This document shows positions 1 through 10,458 of a DNA stretch of 64,000 bases, one piece after another; position 1 is the stretch's first letter; each line of letters opens with the position of its first letter. The translations under genes were made by a program, and so were the position numbers. The DNA is from Patescibacteria group bacterium. Its GTDB lineage: Bacteria > Patescibacteriota > Microgenomatia > Levybacterales > UBA12049. A model generated the notes under the pieces. The model was not told the DNA's origin and did not search any database. It was given only the letters and a program-made list of their open reading frames with translations. The stretch lies in contig DATKGY010000041.1 of NCBI GenBank assembly GCA_035510535.1, positions 29,493 to 93,492 on the forward strand, written 5' to 3'.

Positions 1-2
1 CA

Positions 3-1430
3 AATTTTGCCCAATTTTACCATTTTAATCCTTTGGATTTATTCTTCAGATATTTTTCATTTTTAATCTCTTTAATCCTTGGTTTTTCCTCACTATCTCT
101 TGCGAAATTCCTTAAATGGAAAAAGATTACAGTTCTATTGTTTATTTTTTTAATGTATTTTGTCCAAAGTTTTGATTTTTTTGCCTATTACTTATATAGA
201 ATATTTAATTATTATTATAATTCTGCAGGGATTACCCAGTCCCTTGGAAATGCGCTGGATCCTTCAATAGTAATTTCTGCAAGCTTTATCTTTATCGGAT
301 TCGTTCTGTTATTTTCTAAGGGGAATAAATGGTCATTTCTACTCCCGGTTTTAGTTATTGGCGTTATTCCCCAGATAAAGATTTATGCGGGAATTATTTT
401 TTACTTAGGTTTGGCAGCGGTTGCTTTATGGGAGTTGTGCAGGGAAAGGGATACCCATTATTCAAAAATTTTGATTCTCTCCGGTGTCATTTCTGCTCTA
501 GTATATTTACCGCTAAATTATGGAGCAGGAGGACTCATGTTTGCGCCCCTTGTTATATACAAAAATTTCATAGACAGCGCCTGGATATTTAACAATTGGC
601 ACTGGAATGTTAATTTTCCAATCTACGTTCAAGCGCATAATTATATTCATATAGCCTTTTTTTACGCAGTAGCAATAGCGGTCTTTTTAATAACCAGCTT
701 GGGCATTAGAGTCGTAGTTCTTCTTGGAATAAAAAAGGTCTTTAATAAAAAATTTTACAGTCCCCAAAATATATTTTGGTCGGTAGGGATTAGTGGCTCT
801 TTATTAATCCCCAGTTTTTTTATTCAGTCTATTTCGGAATTTTCTATAATCCAATTTTTTTGGGTTGGGTATATTATCCTGTTAGTGCCGACAGCAGCCA
901 TCTTAGGAGAAAAATTGGAAAAGCGGAATAAAATAATTCTAACAGGAGTTTTCCTATTTCTGATAGTCTTATTCTTACCAGATACACTTAGAATAATAAA
1001 TACGTATTCTGGGAGTCCTGGCCGCATTAGTTCAGATATTGTAAGTAAGGCAAATATCATCAGTAACATTCCTCAAAACGAGGGAGTAATCGTTGCGGAC
1101 AGGTTTATGATAAAAGATAAATACCAAGATGTACTTGCAAGCCCGATCGTGTCAGCTTTAAGCGGTCATGCTATATATTACGAGCATGAACTCACGGAAT
1201 TTCAGGGAATAGATAAGATTACTAATCCTAGAAAGGATAATGTAGATAAAATATACCAAAATATGGTAAATTGTAGTAATCCAATTACGGCCGAGCAAAA
1301 CATCATAAATATTATGAGAAAAACTAATAATAAATATCTTTTAATATTGGAGAAAAATAGTTGTACTTCGAAGTTCAGCAAATTGAAAATAGTAAATGAC
1401 GAGGGGACGTCTGTCTTATACAAAATATAA
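3..1430 (+). CDS. Polytopic membrane protein, probable GT-C-fold glycosyltransferase, 5'-truncated by the window edge
   Basis: Frame is open from position 3 (NFAQFYHFNPLDLFFRYF...). Many TM helices and a soluble C-terminal tail; first gene of the glycosylation operon. Confidence 0.6.
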   Translation, partial: NFAQFYHFNPLDLFFRYFSFLISLILGFSSLSLAKFLKWKKITVLLFIFLMYFVQSFDFFAYYLYRIFNYYYNSAGITQSLGNALDPSIVISASFIFIGFVLLFSKGNKWSFLLPVLVIGVIPQIKIYAGIIFYLGLAAVALWELCRERDTHYSKILILSGVISALVYLPLNYGAGGLMFAPLVIYKNFIDSAWIFNNWHWNVNFPIYVQAHNYIHIAFFYAVAIAVFLITSLGIRVVVLLGIKKVFNKKFYSPQNIFWSVGISGSLLIPSFFIQSISEFSIIQFFWVGYIILLVPTAAILGEKLEKRNKIILTGVFLFLIVLFLPDTLRIINTYSGSPGRISSDIVSKANIISNIPQNEGVIVADRFMIKDKYQDVLASPIVSALSGHAIYYEHELTEFQGIDKITNPRKDNVDKIYQNMVNCSNPITAEQNIINIMRKTNNKYLLILEKNSCTSKFSKLKIVNDEGTSVLYKI

Positions 1431-2132
1431 ATGAAATTATCAATTGTCGTTCCGGTATTTAACGAGGAAAAGACAATACTGCAAATCTTAGAAAGACTGA
1501 AAAAAGCCGATATTTCAGTTCCTTACGAAATCATTGTGGTTGATGATGGTTCAACGGATAGTACAAGAGAAAAGTTAAAAACTGTTAGGAATGTAAAAAT
1601 TATTCTCCATAAAAATAATCAGGGCAAAGGGGCCGCGGTAAAGACGGGTATCAAAAATGCGACGGGCGATTATATTTTAATTCAAGATGCAGATTTGGAA
1701 TACAACCCAGATGAAATAAAAGGTTTGTTAAAGCCAATTCTAGAAAATAAAGCAAAGGTTGTCTATGGAACGAGATTAAACAGGGTGCCGCATCTTAAGA
1801 AGGAAGAGGCGAAACACTTATTTATTATCCACTATTTCGGGAATAGATTCTTAAGTCTTGTGACAAGCGCCCTTTACGGTCAGTGGCTAACTGATATGGA
1901 AACCTGTTATAAGTTATTTCCTAAAAAGGCTGTTTCTTCAATTAGGCTTAACGCAAGGGGATTTGAATTTGAACCGGAAGTAACAGCGAAATTATTAAAA
2001 CAAGGATATAAAATAAAAGAGGTTTCAATAACTACAAATCCTAGAGGGTATGATGAAGGCAAAAAATTGAATACTATCAGAGATGGTTCTATTGCTTTAT
2101 GGTCACTCGTAAAATACAGGTTTACAAATTAA
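1431..2132 (+). CDS. GT2 polyprenyl-phosphate glycosyltransferase (Dpm1/ArnC-like)
   Basis: SIVVPVFNEE, VVDDGSTD, NQGKGAAVKTG, IQDADLEY, DMETCYK, FEFEPE motifs. Confidence 0.9.
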   Translation: MKLSIVVPVFNEEKTILQILERLKKADISVPYEIIVVDDGSTDSTREKLKTVRNVKIILHKNNQGKGAAVKTGIKNATGDYILIQDADLEYNPDEIKGLLKPILENKAKVVYGTRLNRVPHLKKEEAKHLFIIHYFGNRFLSLVTSALYGQWLTDMETCYKLFPKKAVSSIRLNARGFEFEPEVTAKLLKQGYKIKEVSITTNPRGYDEGKKLNTIRDGSIALWSLVKYRFTN

Positions 2133-3760
2133 TTAGAAGAAACATTTATTTAATTCTGCTTTTAATAATTGGGCTGTTTTTTTTATTTCCGCTTTTTCAT
2201 CCGGGATTTTATCTGTCTCATGATGGTTTTGCTCATGTGGCAAGATACGCGGCTTATTTCAAAAGTTACATGGATGGACAATTTCCGGCCAGATGGGCGG
2301 GGGATTTAAATAGCGGTTACGGTACTCCGATTTTTATTTTTTTCTATCCCTTGCCCGGATTTATCGCTACACTTCTGCATCTGGTAGGATTTCATTTTGA
2401 AACAGTGTTCAAAATAATAATGGGCACGAGTTTTATCTTGGCTCCGATTTGTTTGTTCTGGTGGCTAAGAAGACAAGCAAGCGAAGGAATCGCCTTTGCC
2501 GCCTCGCTTATCTATATGATGCTCCCCTATAGATTTTTAGACGCGTATGTTAGGGGAGATGTGGCAGAAATAGCCAGTTTTGTTTTTATCCCGTTGGTTT
2601 TTCTATATATTGACAAAGCTTTAGAGAAAAAAAGAATAAGAGATTTGCTATTTGGCGGGATTTTTTATGCTTTGTTTATTATGACGCATAATGGAATGGC
2701 TATAATATTTTCTCTGGTTTTTCTAACCTACGGCTTAATTTTTGTCAGAAAACGAAAAGAGTTAATTTATCCTTTAGGAATTTTATTACTTGGAATTTGT
2801 CTGTCCGCTTTTTTTACGCTGCCTTTTATATTTGAAACGAAGTATACGATGGCTAAAGTTATTTTGGGTTCATTGTATACGCAAAATTTCATTACTCCTT
2901 GGAACTTATTTTATTCCCAGTGGGGTTTTAATCCTGAGGTCAACGTAAAGGGAGGACTATCTCCTCAAATAGGCATTATCTATTTTATCGCTCCTTTTGT
3001 AAGTTTAGTTTTTTTACTTATGCATAAAATTAAAGAGCAGAGAAAAACTCTTTTTTGGCTGGCGGTTTTTATTCTATCGGTTTTTGTCACAACTTCCTAT
3101 TCGAAGTTTTTATGGGATCATCTTCCATTATTAAACTTGCTTGGTTATCCTTGGAGATTTACGGCTTTGTCAGGCTTTGCCTCATGTATGTTAATTTTTT
3201 ATTGCTTCCTTTTCCTAAAGAACAATAAAATCATCATATTTCTTATTGTTTTAGTTATCTTTATTTTTTCTCTGCCGTTGGTTACCGTCAACAAATATAT
3301 TCCCAGTAAAAGTGACAGTTTTTATCTTGCTTATCCTGGTACCACTGATTATAGTTTGCGGACCGATACTATTTGGACCGCCGGAGAATTTTCAGTCCAC
3401 TCTAAAAAACAAGTTGAAATTATTGCGGGAAAAGGAACGATTTCTGACCTGACGCGGAAATCCAATCTCCACACGTTTAGCGTAAACGCTATAACTTCCA
3501 TGGGAATTCTTGATAATACGGCTTATTTCCCGGGGTGGAAAGTGACAATCGACGGAGAAAAAACTTCCATCCAATTTCAGGACATGGACCACAGAGGTTT
3601 GATGGAGTTTAATGTACCAAGCGGAAAACACAATGTGAGAGTAGAGTTTAAGGAAACCCTGATAAGACTTTTGTCAGACATTGTAAGCGTGGTATCATTA
3701 GTTTTAGTAGCTGCCGTATTGCTCTTAGGAAATAGGCTAAAAAAATATATCCGGAAATGA
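2099..3760 (+). CDS. GT-C-like membrane protein (YfhO / 'PTPS-related' family)
   Basis: SHDGFAH...RWAGDLNSGYGTPIFIFFYP, YVRGD, YPWRF and C-terminal YFPGWKV..DG beta domain; paralog of 14795 and 19919. Confidence 0.8.
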   Translation: MVTRKIQVYKLIRRNIYLILLLIIGLFFLFPLFHPGFYLSHDGFAHVARYAAYFKSYMDGQFPARWAGDLNSGYGTPIFIFFYPLPGFIATLLHLVGFHFETVFKIIMGTSFILAPICLFWWLRRQASEGIAFAASLIYMMLPYRFLDAYVRGDVAEIASFVFIPLVFLYIDKALEKKRIRDLLFGGIFYALFIMTHNGMAIIFSLVFLTYGLIFVRKRKELIYPLGILLLGICLSAFFTLPFIFETKYTMAKVILGSLYTQNFITPWNLFYSQWGFNPEVNVKGGLSPQIGIIYFIAPFVSLVFLLMHKIKEQRKTLFWLAVFILSVFVTTSYSKFLWDHLPLLNLLGYPWRFTALSGFASCMLIFYCFLFLKNNKIIIFLIVLVIFIFSLPLVTVNKYIPSKSDSFYLAYPGTTDYSLRTDTIWTAGEFSVHSKKQVEIIAGKGTISDLTRKSNLHTFSVNAITSMGILDNTAYFPGWKVTIDGEKTSIQFQDMDHRGLMEFNVPSGKHNVRVEFKETLIRLLSDIVSVVSLVLVAAVLLLGNRLKKYIRK

Positions 3761-5454
3761 AAAAAACATATCTTTTTTTAATTTTAATCTTTGCACTTGG
3801 TCTTTTTCTAAGATTCTATAAATTAGGAGAAGTTCCTGTAGGCCTACACACAGATGAAGCATATTTTGGCTATAATGCTTATTCAATTCTAAAGACGGGC
3901 AGAGAAATAACCGGAAATTTTTTACCTCTAAATCTAAAATCATTTTTATTCAGCCCCGCAGGATACTCGTATGCGTCAATTCCATTCATCGTCATTTTTG
4001 GCTTGAGCGCTTTTTCTACCCGTTTTGCTTCTGCGCTGTTTGGTTCTTTGACGATAATCGTGGCTTTTTTCTTGATTCGTCAACTCTTCAAGGTCTTTAA
4101 GAATAAAGAACAGATTGCTTTAGTCGCCGCTTTCTTTTTGGCAATATCTCCTTGGCATATAAACTTGTCCCGCGTTTCTACAGAAAGTGTGCTGGTGGTA
4201 TTTTTTGTGTCACTTGGTGTCCTGTTCTATCTATTTTGGGAAGAGCGTAACCGGTATTATTTTTTGGCTTTAAGTTTATTGGCTTTTGCAGTTAATATCC
4301 TTATTTATCAGGCCGCCCGTAGTTTCCTGCCTTTATTTTTGCCTTTGCTTTTTCTAGTTTTTACGAAGAGGATATTTGTAAAAAGAAATATTTTCCCCAT
4401 TGCCGGTTTTATCTTGTTAATCATTATTCCGGTACTGCTAATTCTTAAATCTCCTGATTTATCAACCAGAATCAGAACGCTTTCTATATTCCAAAATCCC
4501 CAAACGCAATTGGTGTTAAATGAGCAATTAAGGGAGGATGGGGTAATGGGTTTAAACTCATTTGAAGCAAGACTGTTTAACAATAAGCTGGTAGATTATT
4601 CGCTTACTTTTTCCTCCAATTATTTTAAGCATTTCTCCTACGATTTCTTATTCACTGATAACGGTCTGCCCGAAAGATACAGGGTGCCGGGAATGGGGAT
4701 TTTATATCTTTTTGAATTACCTTTAATTGTCTTAGGGATCTGGTACTTATTCAGGCGAAATCAAAAACTTGGACTATTTATAGTCGGGTGGATATTGCTG
4801 GCGCCCGTAGGCAGCGCTTTAACTTTTGATGATGTCCCAAACCTTCAGCGCACTCTAATCGTGTTCCCGGCGCTATCGGTTTTGACGGCGCTAGGCTTTA
4901 TCAATCTACTGAGTATTCTAAAGGTAAACATCAAGAAGGTGCTAATTTTACGCGCCATAACTATTGGTATAGTTTTAATTATTGTATGCAGTTTTTTCTA
5001 TTATCTGCAGGCTTATTACGTACATCAGATAGTTCACCGGCCGTGGTATAGGCAAGAAGGATATCAAAAATTAGTTGGGGAAATCAATAAATATGCCAGA
5101 AACTACCCAAAAGTAATTATTACCAATGCCCAAGTCAATCCGACAATTTTTCTTCTCTTTTATAATCAATACGATCCGGCTAATATTCAAAAAGTTATTC
5201 AATCAAGCCCAGGAGTGGATTATGGCAACACGTCTTTTGCCAAATACCAAATTACCGGCGAAGAGTGTCCGGTAAGGGAAGAAATTTTAACAGACAAAAA
5301 GACGGGGTTAAGCAGTGCTTTTATCACCGGAGAAAAAAGAGTTTTATATGTTGATGACGGAGTATGTAAATTGCCCAACGGTAAAGTAAGAATATTATCC
5401 CAGATTAGACGGTCGGACAATACCTTAGTTTTTCAGTTAGTTACCTTAAAATAG
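3757..5454 (+). CDS. ArnT/PMT-like GT-C glycosyltransferase
   Basis: LRFYKL...TDEAYFGYNAYSILKTG, FSTRFASALFG, ISPWHINLSR. Confidence 0.85.
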   Translation: MKKTYLFLILIFALGLFLRFYKLGEVPVGLHTDEAYFGYNAYSILKTGREITGNFLPLNLKSFLFSPAGYSYASIPFIVIFGLSAFSTRFASALFGSLTIIVAFFLIRQLFKVFKNKEQIALVAAFFLAISPWHINLSRVSTESVLVVFFVSLGVLFYLFWEERNRYYFLALSLLAFAVNILIYQAARSFLPLFLPLLFLVFTKRIFVKRNIFPIAGFILLIIIPVLLILKSPDLSTRIRTLSIFQNPQTQLVLNEQLREDGVMGLNSFEARLFNNKLVDYSLTFSSNYFKHFSYDFLFTDNGLPERYRVPGMGILYLFELPLIVLGIWYLFRRNQKLGLFIVGWILLAPVGSALTFDDVPNLQRTLIVFPALSVLTALGFINLLSILKVNIKKVLILRAITIGIVLIIVCSFFYYLQAYYVHQIVHRPWYRQEGYQKLVGEINKYARNYPKVIITNAQVNPTIFLLFYNQYDPANIQKVIQSSPGVDYGNTSFAKYQITGEECPVREEILTDKKTGLSSAFITGEKRVLYVDDGVCKLPNGKVRILSQIRRSDNTLVFQLVTLK

Positions 5455-5460
5455 TACGTA

Positions 5461-7143
5461 ATGAAGAAATTATTGAATTGGAAATTAGCATTACTTCTGA
5501 TAATCCTGTTGGCGGTTTTTTTAAGGTTCTACCAGTTGGGAAATATTCCCGCCGGCTTTTTAAACGATGAAGCTAACGCCGGATACGATGCTTATTCAAT
5601 ACTGCTTACCGGTAAAGATCAATGGAATAACTTCCTTCCTATCAATAACTTTATTGGTTTTGGTGATTTTCAGCCTCCAGTGAATCGGTATTCACAACTG
5701 CTTCCTATCAAAATTTTCGGGTCCAATGAGTTTTCCGTTAGGTTTATGTCCGCGTTGGCCGGAGTTTTATCTGTCGCCGCTTTATATTTCCTAGTGAAGA
5801 AATTAATTAATTGGAGGGCGGCTTTTTTCTCGGCTTTGCTTCTCGCAATCATGCCATGGGCAGTTGGATTAAATCGAATAGGGCATGAATCTAATCTGGC
5901 CATTTTATTTTTGATTGCCGCGCTTTTTTTCGGCTTGGTGCCAAAATCCGGCAAAAGTTTATTGATTGCTGTCTTTTTCCTCGCATTGTCGATGTATACC
6001 TATTCCGCTTATATTCTTTACGCGCCTTTAGTTTTGGTTGTGGTTCTAGGCGTAAATTACAAAAAGGGGAAAGGATACGGGTATTTACTAAAACCTTTAA
6101 TATTGCTCTTAATTATCATTTCGCCAATTATATTTCAAAAAAATTCTGCTTCGGTCAGATTTTCTCAAGTAGGTTTAACAACTAATGTCAGTAGCGTCGG
6201 TTTAATCAATAATCTTAATGATCAAAGAGGCCAGTGTTTAGCCGCATCCAATCCTTTTATTTGTAAAATAACCGATAACAAAGCGCTTCTTTTCCCCAGC
6301 GTTTTTGTTAAAAATTACTTATCTCATTTTTCCCCTAACTTTTTATACATCAGCGGTACACCGACGCAATTTTCCATTTTGCCCCAACGGGGCTTAGATT
6401 ATCTGTTCAATTTCCTGCCGTTAATCGCGGGAATTATCTTCTTTCTAAAAAATTATAAGCAGCGTAAATTAAGCGGCGCTTTATTCATATTATTTTTACT
6501 TGCTCCAGTACCCGATTCATTTACCAGCGACGGAAACTATACGCGCTCTTCCATGATGCAGCCGTTTATAGCTTTATTCGGCGGGTTAGGGATATATTAT
6601 TGCCTGGATTTCTTAGGAAGAAAAAAATGGTTAGAATATCTATTCACCACTTTAATTTTTCTGGTTATTTCTTTTGCTCTCATTTCCTTTTTTATAATTT
6701 ATAGCACTTACTTTAAAAATAATTATTCTATATATTCCCAATACGGATACAAAGATTTGGTAAAGAAAATCTCCTCGTGCAAAAATGATTACACTAAAAT
6801 CTATATTTCCAGACACCTAAATGATGCTAAGCAATATATCTATTATCTTTTTTATACGAAATATGATCCCCGAAAATATCAAAGTAAAAAAGACGTCAGT
6901 TATAGTGTAGGAGCAGACGGATGGGTATCTGTAGATAGAGTCGAGAACATATATTTTGTGCAGAATCTGCCCACAGTTTCTACGCAATCTGCGGAAACTA
7001 ATTCTGCGGTCCTTTTTATCTCCAACCCAGTCGATTTCCCCAAATCGCTAAAGCCTGTATTTGTCGTAAAAGATAAATTAGGGAATGTAATATTTGAAGC
7101 AGTGAGATCAACGGATTTGCTAGAATATATAAATAGGGAGTAA
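5461..7143 (+). CDS. ArnT/PMT-like GT-C glycosyltransferase
   Basis: LRFYQL...NDEANAGYDAYSILLTGKD, FSVRFMSALAG; paralog of neighbours. Confidence 0.85.
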   Translation: MKKLLNWKLALLLIILLAVFLRFYQLGNIPAGFLNDEANAGYDAYSILLTGKDQWNNFLPINNFIGFGDFQPPVNRYSQLLPIKIFGSNEFSVRFMSALAGVLSVAALYFLVKKLINWRAAFFSALLLAIMPWAVGLNRIGHESNLAILFLIAALFFGLVPKSGKSLLIAVFFLALSMYTYSAYILYAPLVLVVVLGVNYKKGKGYGYLLKPLILLLIIISPIIFQKNSASVRFSQVGLTTNVSSVGLINNLNDQRGQCLAASNPFICKITDNKALLFPSVFVKNYLSHFSPNFLYISGTPTQFSILPQRGLDYLFNFLPLIAGIIFFLKNYKQRKLSGALFILFLLAPVPDSFTSDGNYTRSSMMQPFIALFGGLGIYYCLDFLGRKKWLEYLFTTLIFLVISFALISFFIIYSTYFKNNYSIYSQYGYKDLVKKISSCKNDYTKIYISRHLNDAKQYIYYLFYTKYDPRKYQSKKDVSYSVGADGWVSVDRVENIYFVQNLPTVSTQSAETNSAVLFISNPVDFPKSLKPVFVVKDKLGNVIFEAVRSTDLLEYINRE

Positions 7144-7165
7144 GAAAAATTGTGACTTAAAGAAA

Positions 7166-8794
7166 ATGTTCAAATTTATTAATTACAAATTACTGTTACT
7201 TTTAGTAGTAATAATCGCGGCATTTTTAAGGTTTTATCAATTGGGAAGCAATCCGCCTTCTTTAACTTGGGATGAGGCGGCTTGGGGATACAATGCTTAT
7301 TCAATCGGTATTGACGGGAAAGACGAATTTGGCCGGCTTTTGCCCCACGATTATCTTGAGTCTTTCGGCGATTTTAAACCACCGATGTATGTGTATCTGG
7401 ATGCTATTCCGGTAAAAGCTCTAGGACTAAATGAGTTTGCCACCAGAGTTCCATCCGCTTTATTTGGAGTTTTAACAGTTTTCTTAACTTATTTTCTGGT
7501 TCAAAGAATCTTCTGGAACTCAAAAGATAAACGGAAATACGCGCTTGCGTCAGCGTTTATCTTGGCAATTTCCCCGTGGCACATTATGTTGTCACGGGCC
7601 GCCTTTGAAGCCAATGTGGCAACTTTTTTCCTCGTCTTAGGAATCTGGGGATTTCTGGCGGCAACGCAGGATAAAAAATGGTACCTTTTAATTTCCGCCG
7701 TTTCTTTTGCTCTGTCAATGTACACTTTTAACACGGCAAGAGTCGTTGCTCCGCTTTTGGTAATTATTCTAGTATTGGCATTCAGAAAAAGATTATGGCA
7801 AATAAAAAAAGAAGTATTAATTGCGTTTATCATTGGGTTAGCGGTTTTCTTGCCTACTTTCCGGTTTCTGCTTACTCCGCAAGCGGCCTTGAGATTTCAA
7901 GAGGTCAATATTTTTTCGGATCCAAGCATCGTCAAAACCGCCAATCAGGAAATTGCCAATGACCAAAACGCATTCTGGTCAAAAATAATCCACAACCGAA
8001 GAGTGTTGTATTCTCTGGATTATGTCAAACACTATTTTGATAATTTAAGTCCCAGTTTCCTTTTTATCAAAGGAGATGGTAATCCTAAATTCTCAATTCA
8101 AAGCGTCGGGCAAATGTATCTTTGGGACATTCCGTTTGTCGTCATCGGAATCTTATTCTTAATCAGGAAAAAAGAGGGGCATTGGTGGTTAGTGCCGTTG
8201 TGGCTTTTAATCGGCATAATTCCTGCCGCAACCGCCGAGCAAACGCCGCATGCTTTGAGAATTGAAGCGAGTTTGCCAACGTTTCAAATAATTAGCGCTT
8301 ACGGTTTAATTATATTTCTATCAATGGTTAAGCGTTTTAGGTACGTAGTAGCGGCTGTTTTAATTGGCTTACTGTTGATAAATCTAGCATATTTTTGTCA
8401 CGATTATTTTGCCCATTATCCATCTGAGTTTTCCGGCGAGTGGCAATATGGCTACAAACAATCAATAGATTACGTGAAATCCGTAGAGAAAAATTATGAT
8501 TACGTCCAAGTTACCAGCGAACTGGGAAGGCCTTATATCTACTATCTTTTTTACACCAAAACGTTGCCATCCGATTACCGGAAAACTGCTGTCATTCAGC
8601 GGGACGCGTTTGGGTTTGTCACGGTTACGGGTTTTGGCAAATATCGATTTCCCGTTAATTATAATTATAGTTTGAGCAAAACAAAAAAAGTGCTTTACGT
8701 TAATACGCCTTATATCTTACCCAAAAACATTAAGATCCTTAAAACATTTTATTTATTAAACGGACAACCGGTTTTGGTTGCATATACGATATGA
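7166..8794 (+). CDS. ArnT/PMT-like GT-C glycosyltransferase
   Basis: WDEAAWGYNAYS..GKDEFG, FGDFKPP, ISPWHIMLSRAAFE, PHALR. Confidence 0.87.
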   Translation: MFKFINYKLLLLLVVIIAAFLRFYQLGSNPPSLTWDEAAWGYNAYSIGIDGKDEFGRLLPHDYLESFGDFKPPMYVYLDAIPVKALGLNEFATRVPSALFGVLTVFLTYFLVQRIFWNSKDKRKYALASAFILAISPWHIMLSRAAFEANVATFFLVLGIWGFLAATQDKKWYLLISAVSFALSMYTFNTARVVAPLLVIILVLAFRKRLWQIKKEVLIAFIIGLAVFLPTFRFLLTPQAALRFQEVNIFSDPSIVKTANQEIANDQNAFWSKIIHNRRVLYSLDYVKHYFDNLSPSFLFIKGDGNPKFSIQSVGQMYLWDIPFVVIGILFLIRKKEGHWWLVPLWLLIGIIPAATAEQTPHALRIEASLPTFQIISAYGLIIFLSMVKRFRYVVAAVLIGLLLINLAYFCHDYFAHYPSEFSGEWQYGYKQSIDYVKSVEKNYDYVQVTSELGRPYIYYLFYTKTLPSDYRKTAVIQRDAFGFVTVTGFGKYRFPVNYNYSLSKTKKVLYVNTPYILPKNIKILKTFYLLNGQPVLVAYTI

Positions 8795-10458
8795 ATAAGA
8801 AATTAGTTTTAATAATACTGATGGGAATAATAATTTTGGCAGCCGGATTAAGGCTTTGGCAGCTTGGCAATATTCCGCCTTCGCCTGACTGGGACGAGGT
8901 GGCGTTGGGATATGATGCCTATTCGATTAGTCATACGGGGCGTGATGAATTTGGAAAGTTCCTGCCGGTAGTTCTTCGTTCATTTGACGATTACAAACCA
9001 GCTTTATATGCCTATCTTGCGGTTCCGGCGGTGGTAACTTTCGGTTTGAGTGTTTTTGCAGTTAGACTTCCTTCGGCCGTTTCCGGAATAATTTCGGTGA
9101 TTGCCGTTTTCTTTTTAATTCGGGAGCTTTTCCGGAATTATCGGTACAAAGATTGGTTAGCTTTGACTGCAAGTTTCATGCTGGCAATTTCTCCCTGGTC
9201 TTTGCAATTCTCCAGAGTTGGGTTTGAAGCAAATGTCGGGGATTGCCTAAATCTTTTAGCAGCTTTATTTTTCATCAAGGGCATAAACAACAGACGGTGG
9301 TTCTTATTTTTGTCGGCGCTTTTTGCCGGACTGAGTATTTATGTTTATCAAAGCGAAAAAGTCTTTACGCCACTTTTCATTCTTTTGTTGGCCGTAATTT
9401 ATTGGAGGGAATTATTCAAAATCCCTAAAAAATATTTGTTTGCGGTAATAGTTTTTGGTTTAATCATCGTGACGCCGATGCTTACTTATATAGTTACCAA
9501 CCGGGCAGCACTTTTAAGAGTAACGGGGACGAGCATTTTTTCCTACCAGACGGAGCTTTTAAAAACGGATACGCAGAAACTGCAACAGGATAAGAGTAAT
9601 AATGATAAATCGGGTTTGGTTTTGGACAACCGAAGAATTGTCTATACCGTAACCACAGTTTCCGGCTATATTTCACATTTTGACCCGAATTGGTTGTTTA
9701 TCTCAGGGGATATTGATAGACATCACGCGCCGGGAATGGGGATTTTGTATCTTTTCGAGTTGCCGCTGATACTTTTAGGGATATACGCGCTTTTATTTGG
9801 TGAATTTGACAAAAAAACAAAATTAATTATTTTTGGCTGGTTACTGCTTGCTCCGGTTCCTGCCTCCATCACAACCGGAGTCCCGCATGCGGTCAGAACG
9901 CTTAACTTTTTACCGACTTGGCAAATCTTGTCGGCGTTGGGGTTAGTTTCGGGATATTTGCTGCTTTCTAAAATGAGATTCCAAGTATCAAAGGTTAAGC
10001 TGTGGTATCTGCTTGCCCCTGTGTTTCTGGTATTTGCGCTGTTTAATATCAGTTACTATCTTAACCAGTATTTTGTCCAACTTAATTATTACGATTCCGC
10101 TTTTTGGCAATACGGTTACAAACAGGCGGTTGACGAAGTCAAACTTTTGCAAAAAAATTACAAAACAATCCTGATTTCCGATAACGCGCCGTTGGATAAA
10201 TCCTATATGTTTTTCCTGTTCTATCTTCAATATCCGCCACAGCTATATCAGCAAGTTGGTGAGAATAGCTCGGGAAGTTTTGTTTCCCATCATTCTTTCG
10301 GAAAATACACCTTTAGGCCAATTGATTGGAACAAAGATTCAAAACTCAAAGATGCTTTGATAATCGGTAGCCCGAAGGAGATTCCCCAAGGCGTGGGAAC
10401 AATTAAAACAATAAATAATCTAGATGGGACGCCGGCGATAAAAATTGTTGGAACATGA
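8791..10458 (+). CDS. ArnT/PMT-like GT-C glycosyltransferase
   Basis: WDEVALGYDAYS..GRDEFG, DDYKP, ISPWSLQFSRVGFE, PHAVR. Confidence 0.87.
   Translation: MNKKLVLIILMGIIILAAGLRLWQLGNIPPSPDWDEVALGYDAYSISHTGRDEFGKFLPVVLRSFDDYKPALYAYLAVPAVVTFGLSVFAVRLPSAVSGIISVIAVFFLIRELFRNYRYKDWLALTASFMLAISPWSLQFSRVGFEANVGDCLNLLAALFFIKGINNRRWFLFLSALFAGLSIYVYQSEKVFTPLFILLLAVIYWRELFKIPKKYLFAVIVFGLIIVTPMLTYIVTNRAALLRVTGTSIFSYQTELLKTDTQKLQQDKSNNDKSGLVLDNRRIVYTVTTVSGYISHFDPNWLFISGDIDRHHAPGMGILYLFELPLILLGIYALLFGEFDKKTKLIIFGWLLLAPVPASITTGVPHAVRTLNFLPTWQILSALGLVSGYLLLSKMRFQVSKVKLWYLLAPVFLVFALFNISYYLNQYFVQLNYYDSAFWQYGYKQAVDEVKLLQKNYKTILISDNAPLDKSYMFFLFYLQYPPQLYQQVGENSSGSFVSHHSFGKYTFRPIDWNKDSKLKDALIIGSPKEIPQGVGTIKTINNLDGTPAIKIVGT

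Noticed and set aside
3757-10458. Tandem GT-C paralogs as an assembly duplication or DGR target set
   Set aside because: Copies are strongly diverged, with no near-identical DNA repeats and no reverse transcriptase in the window.
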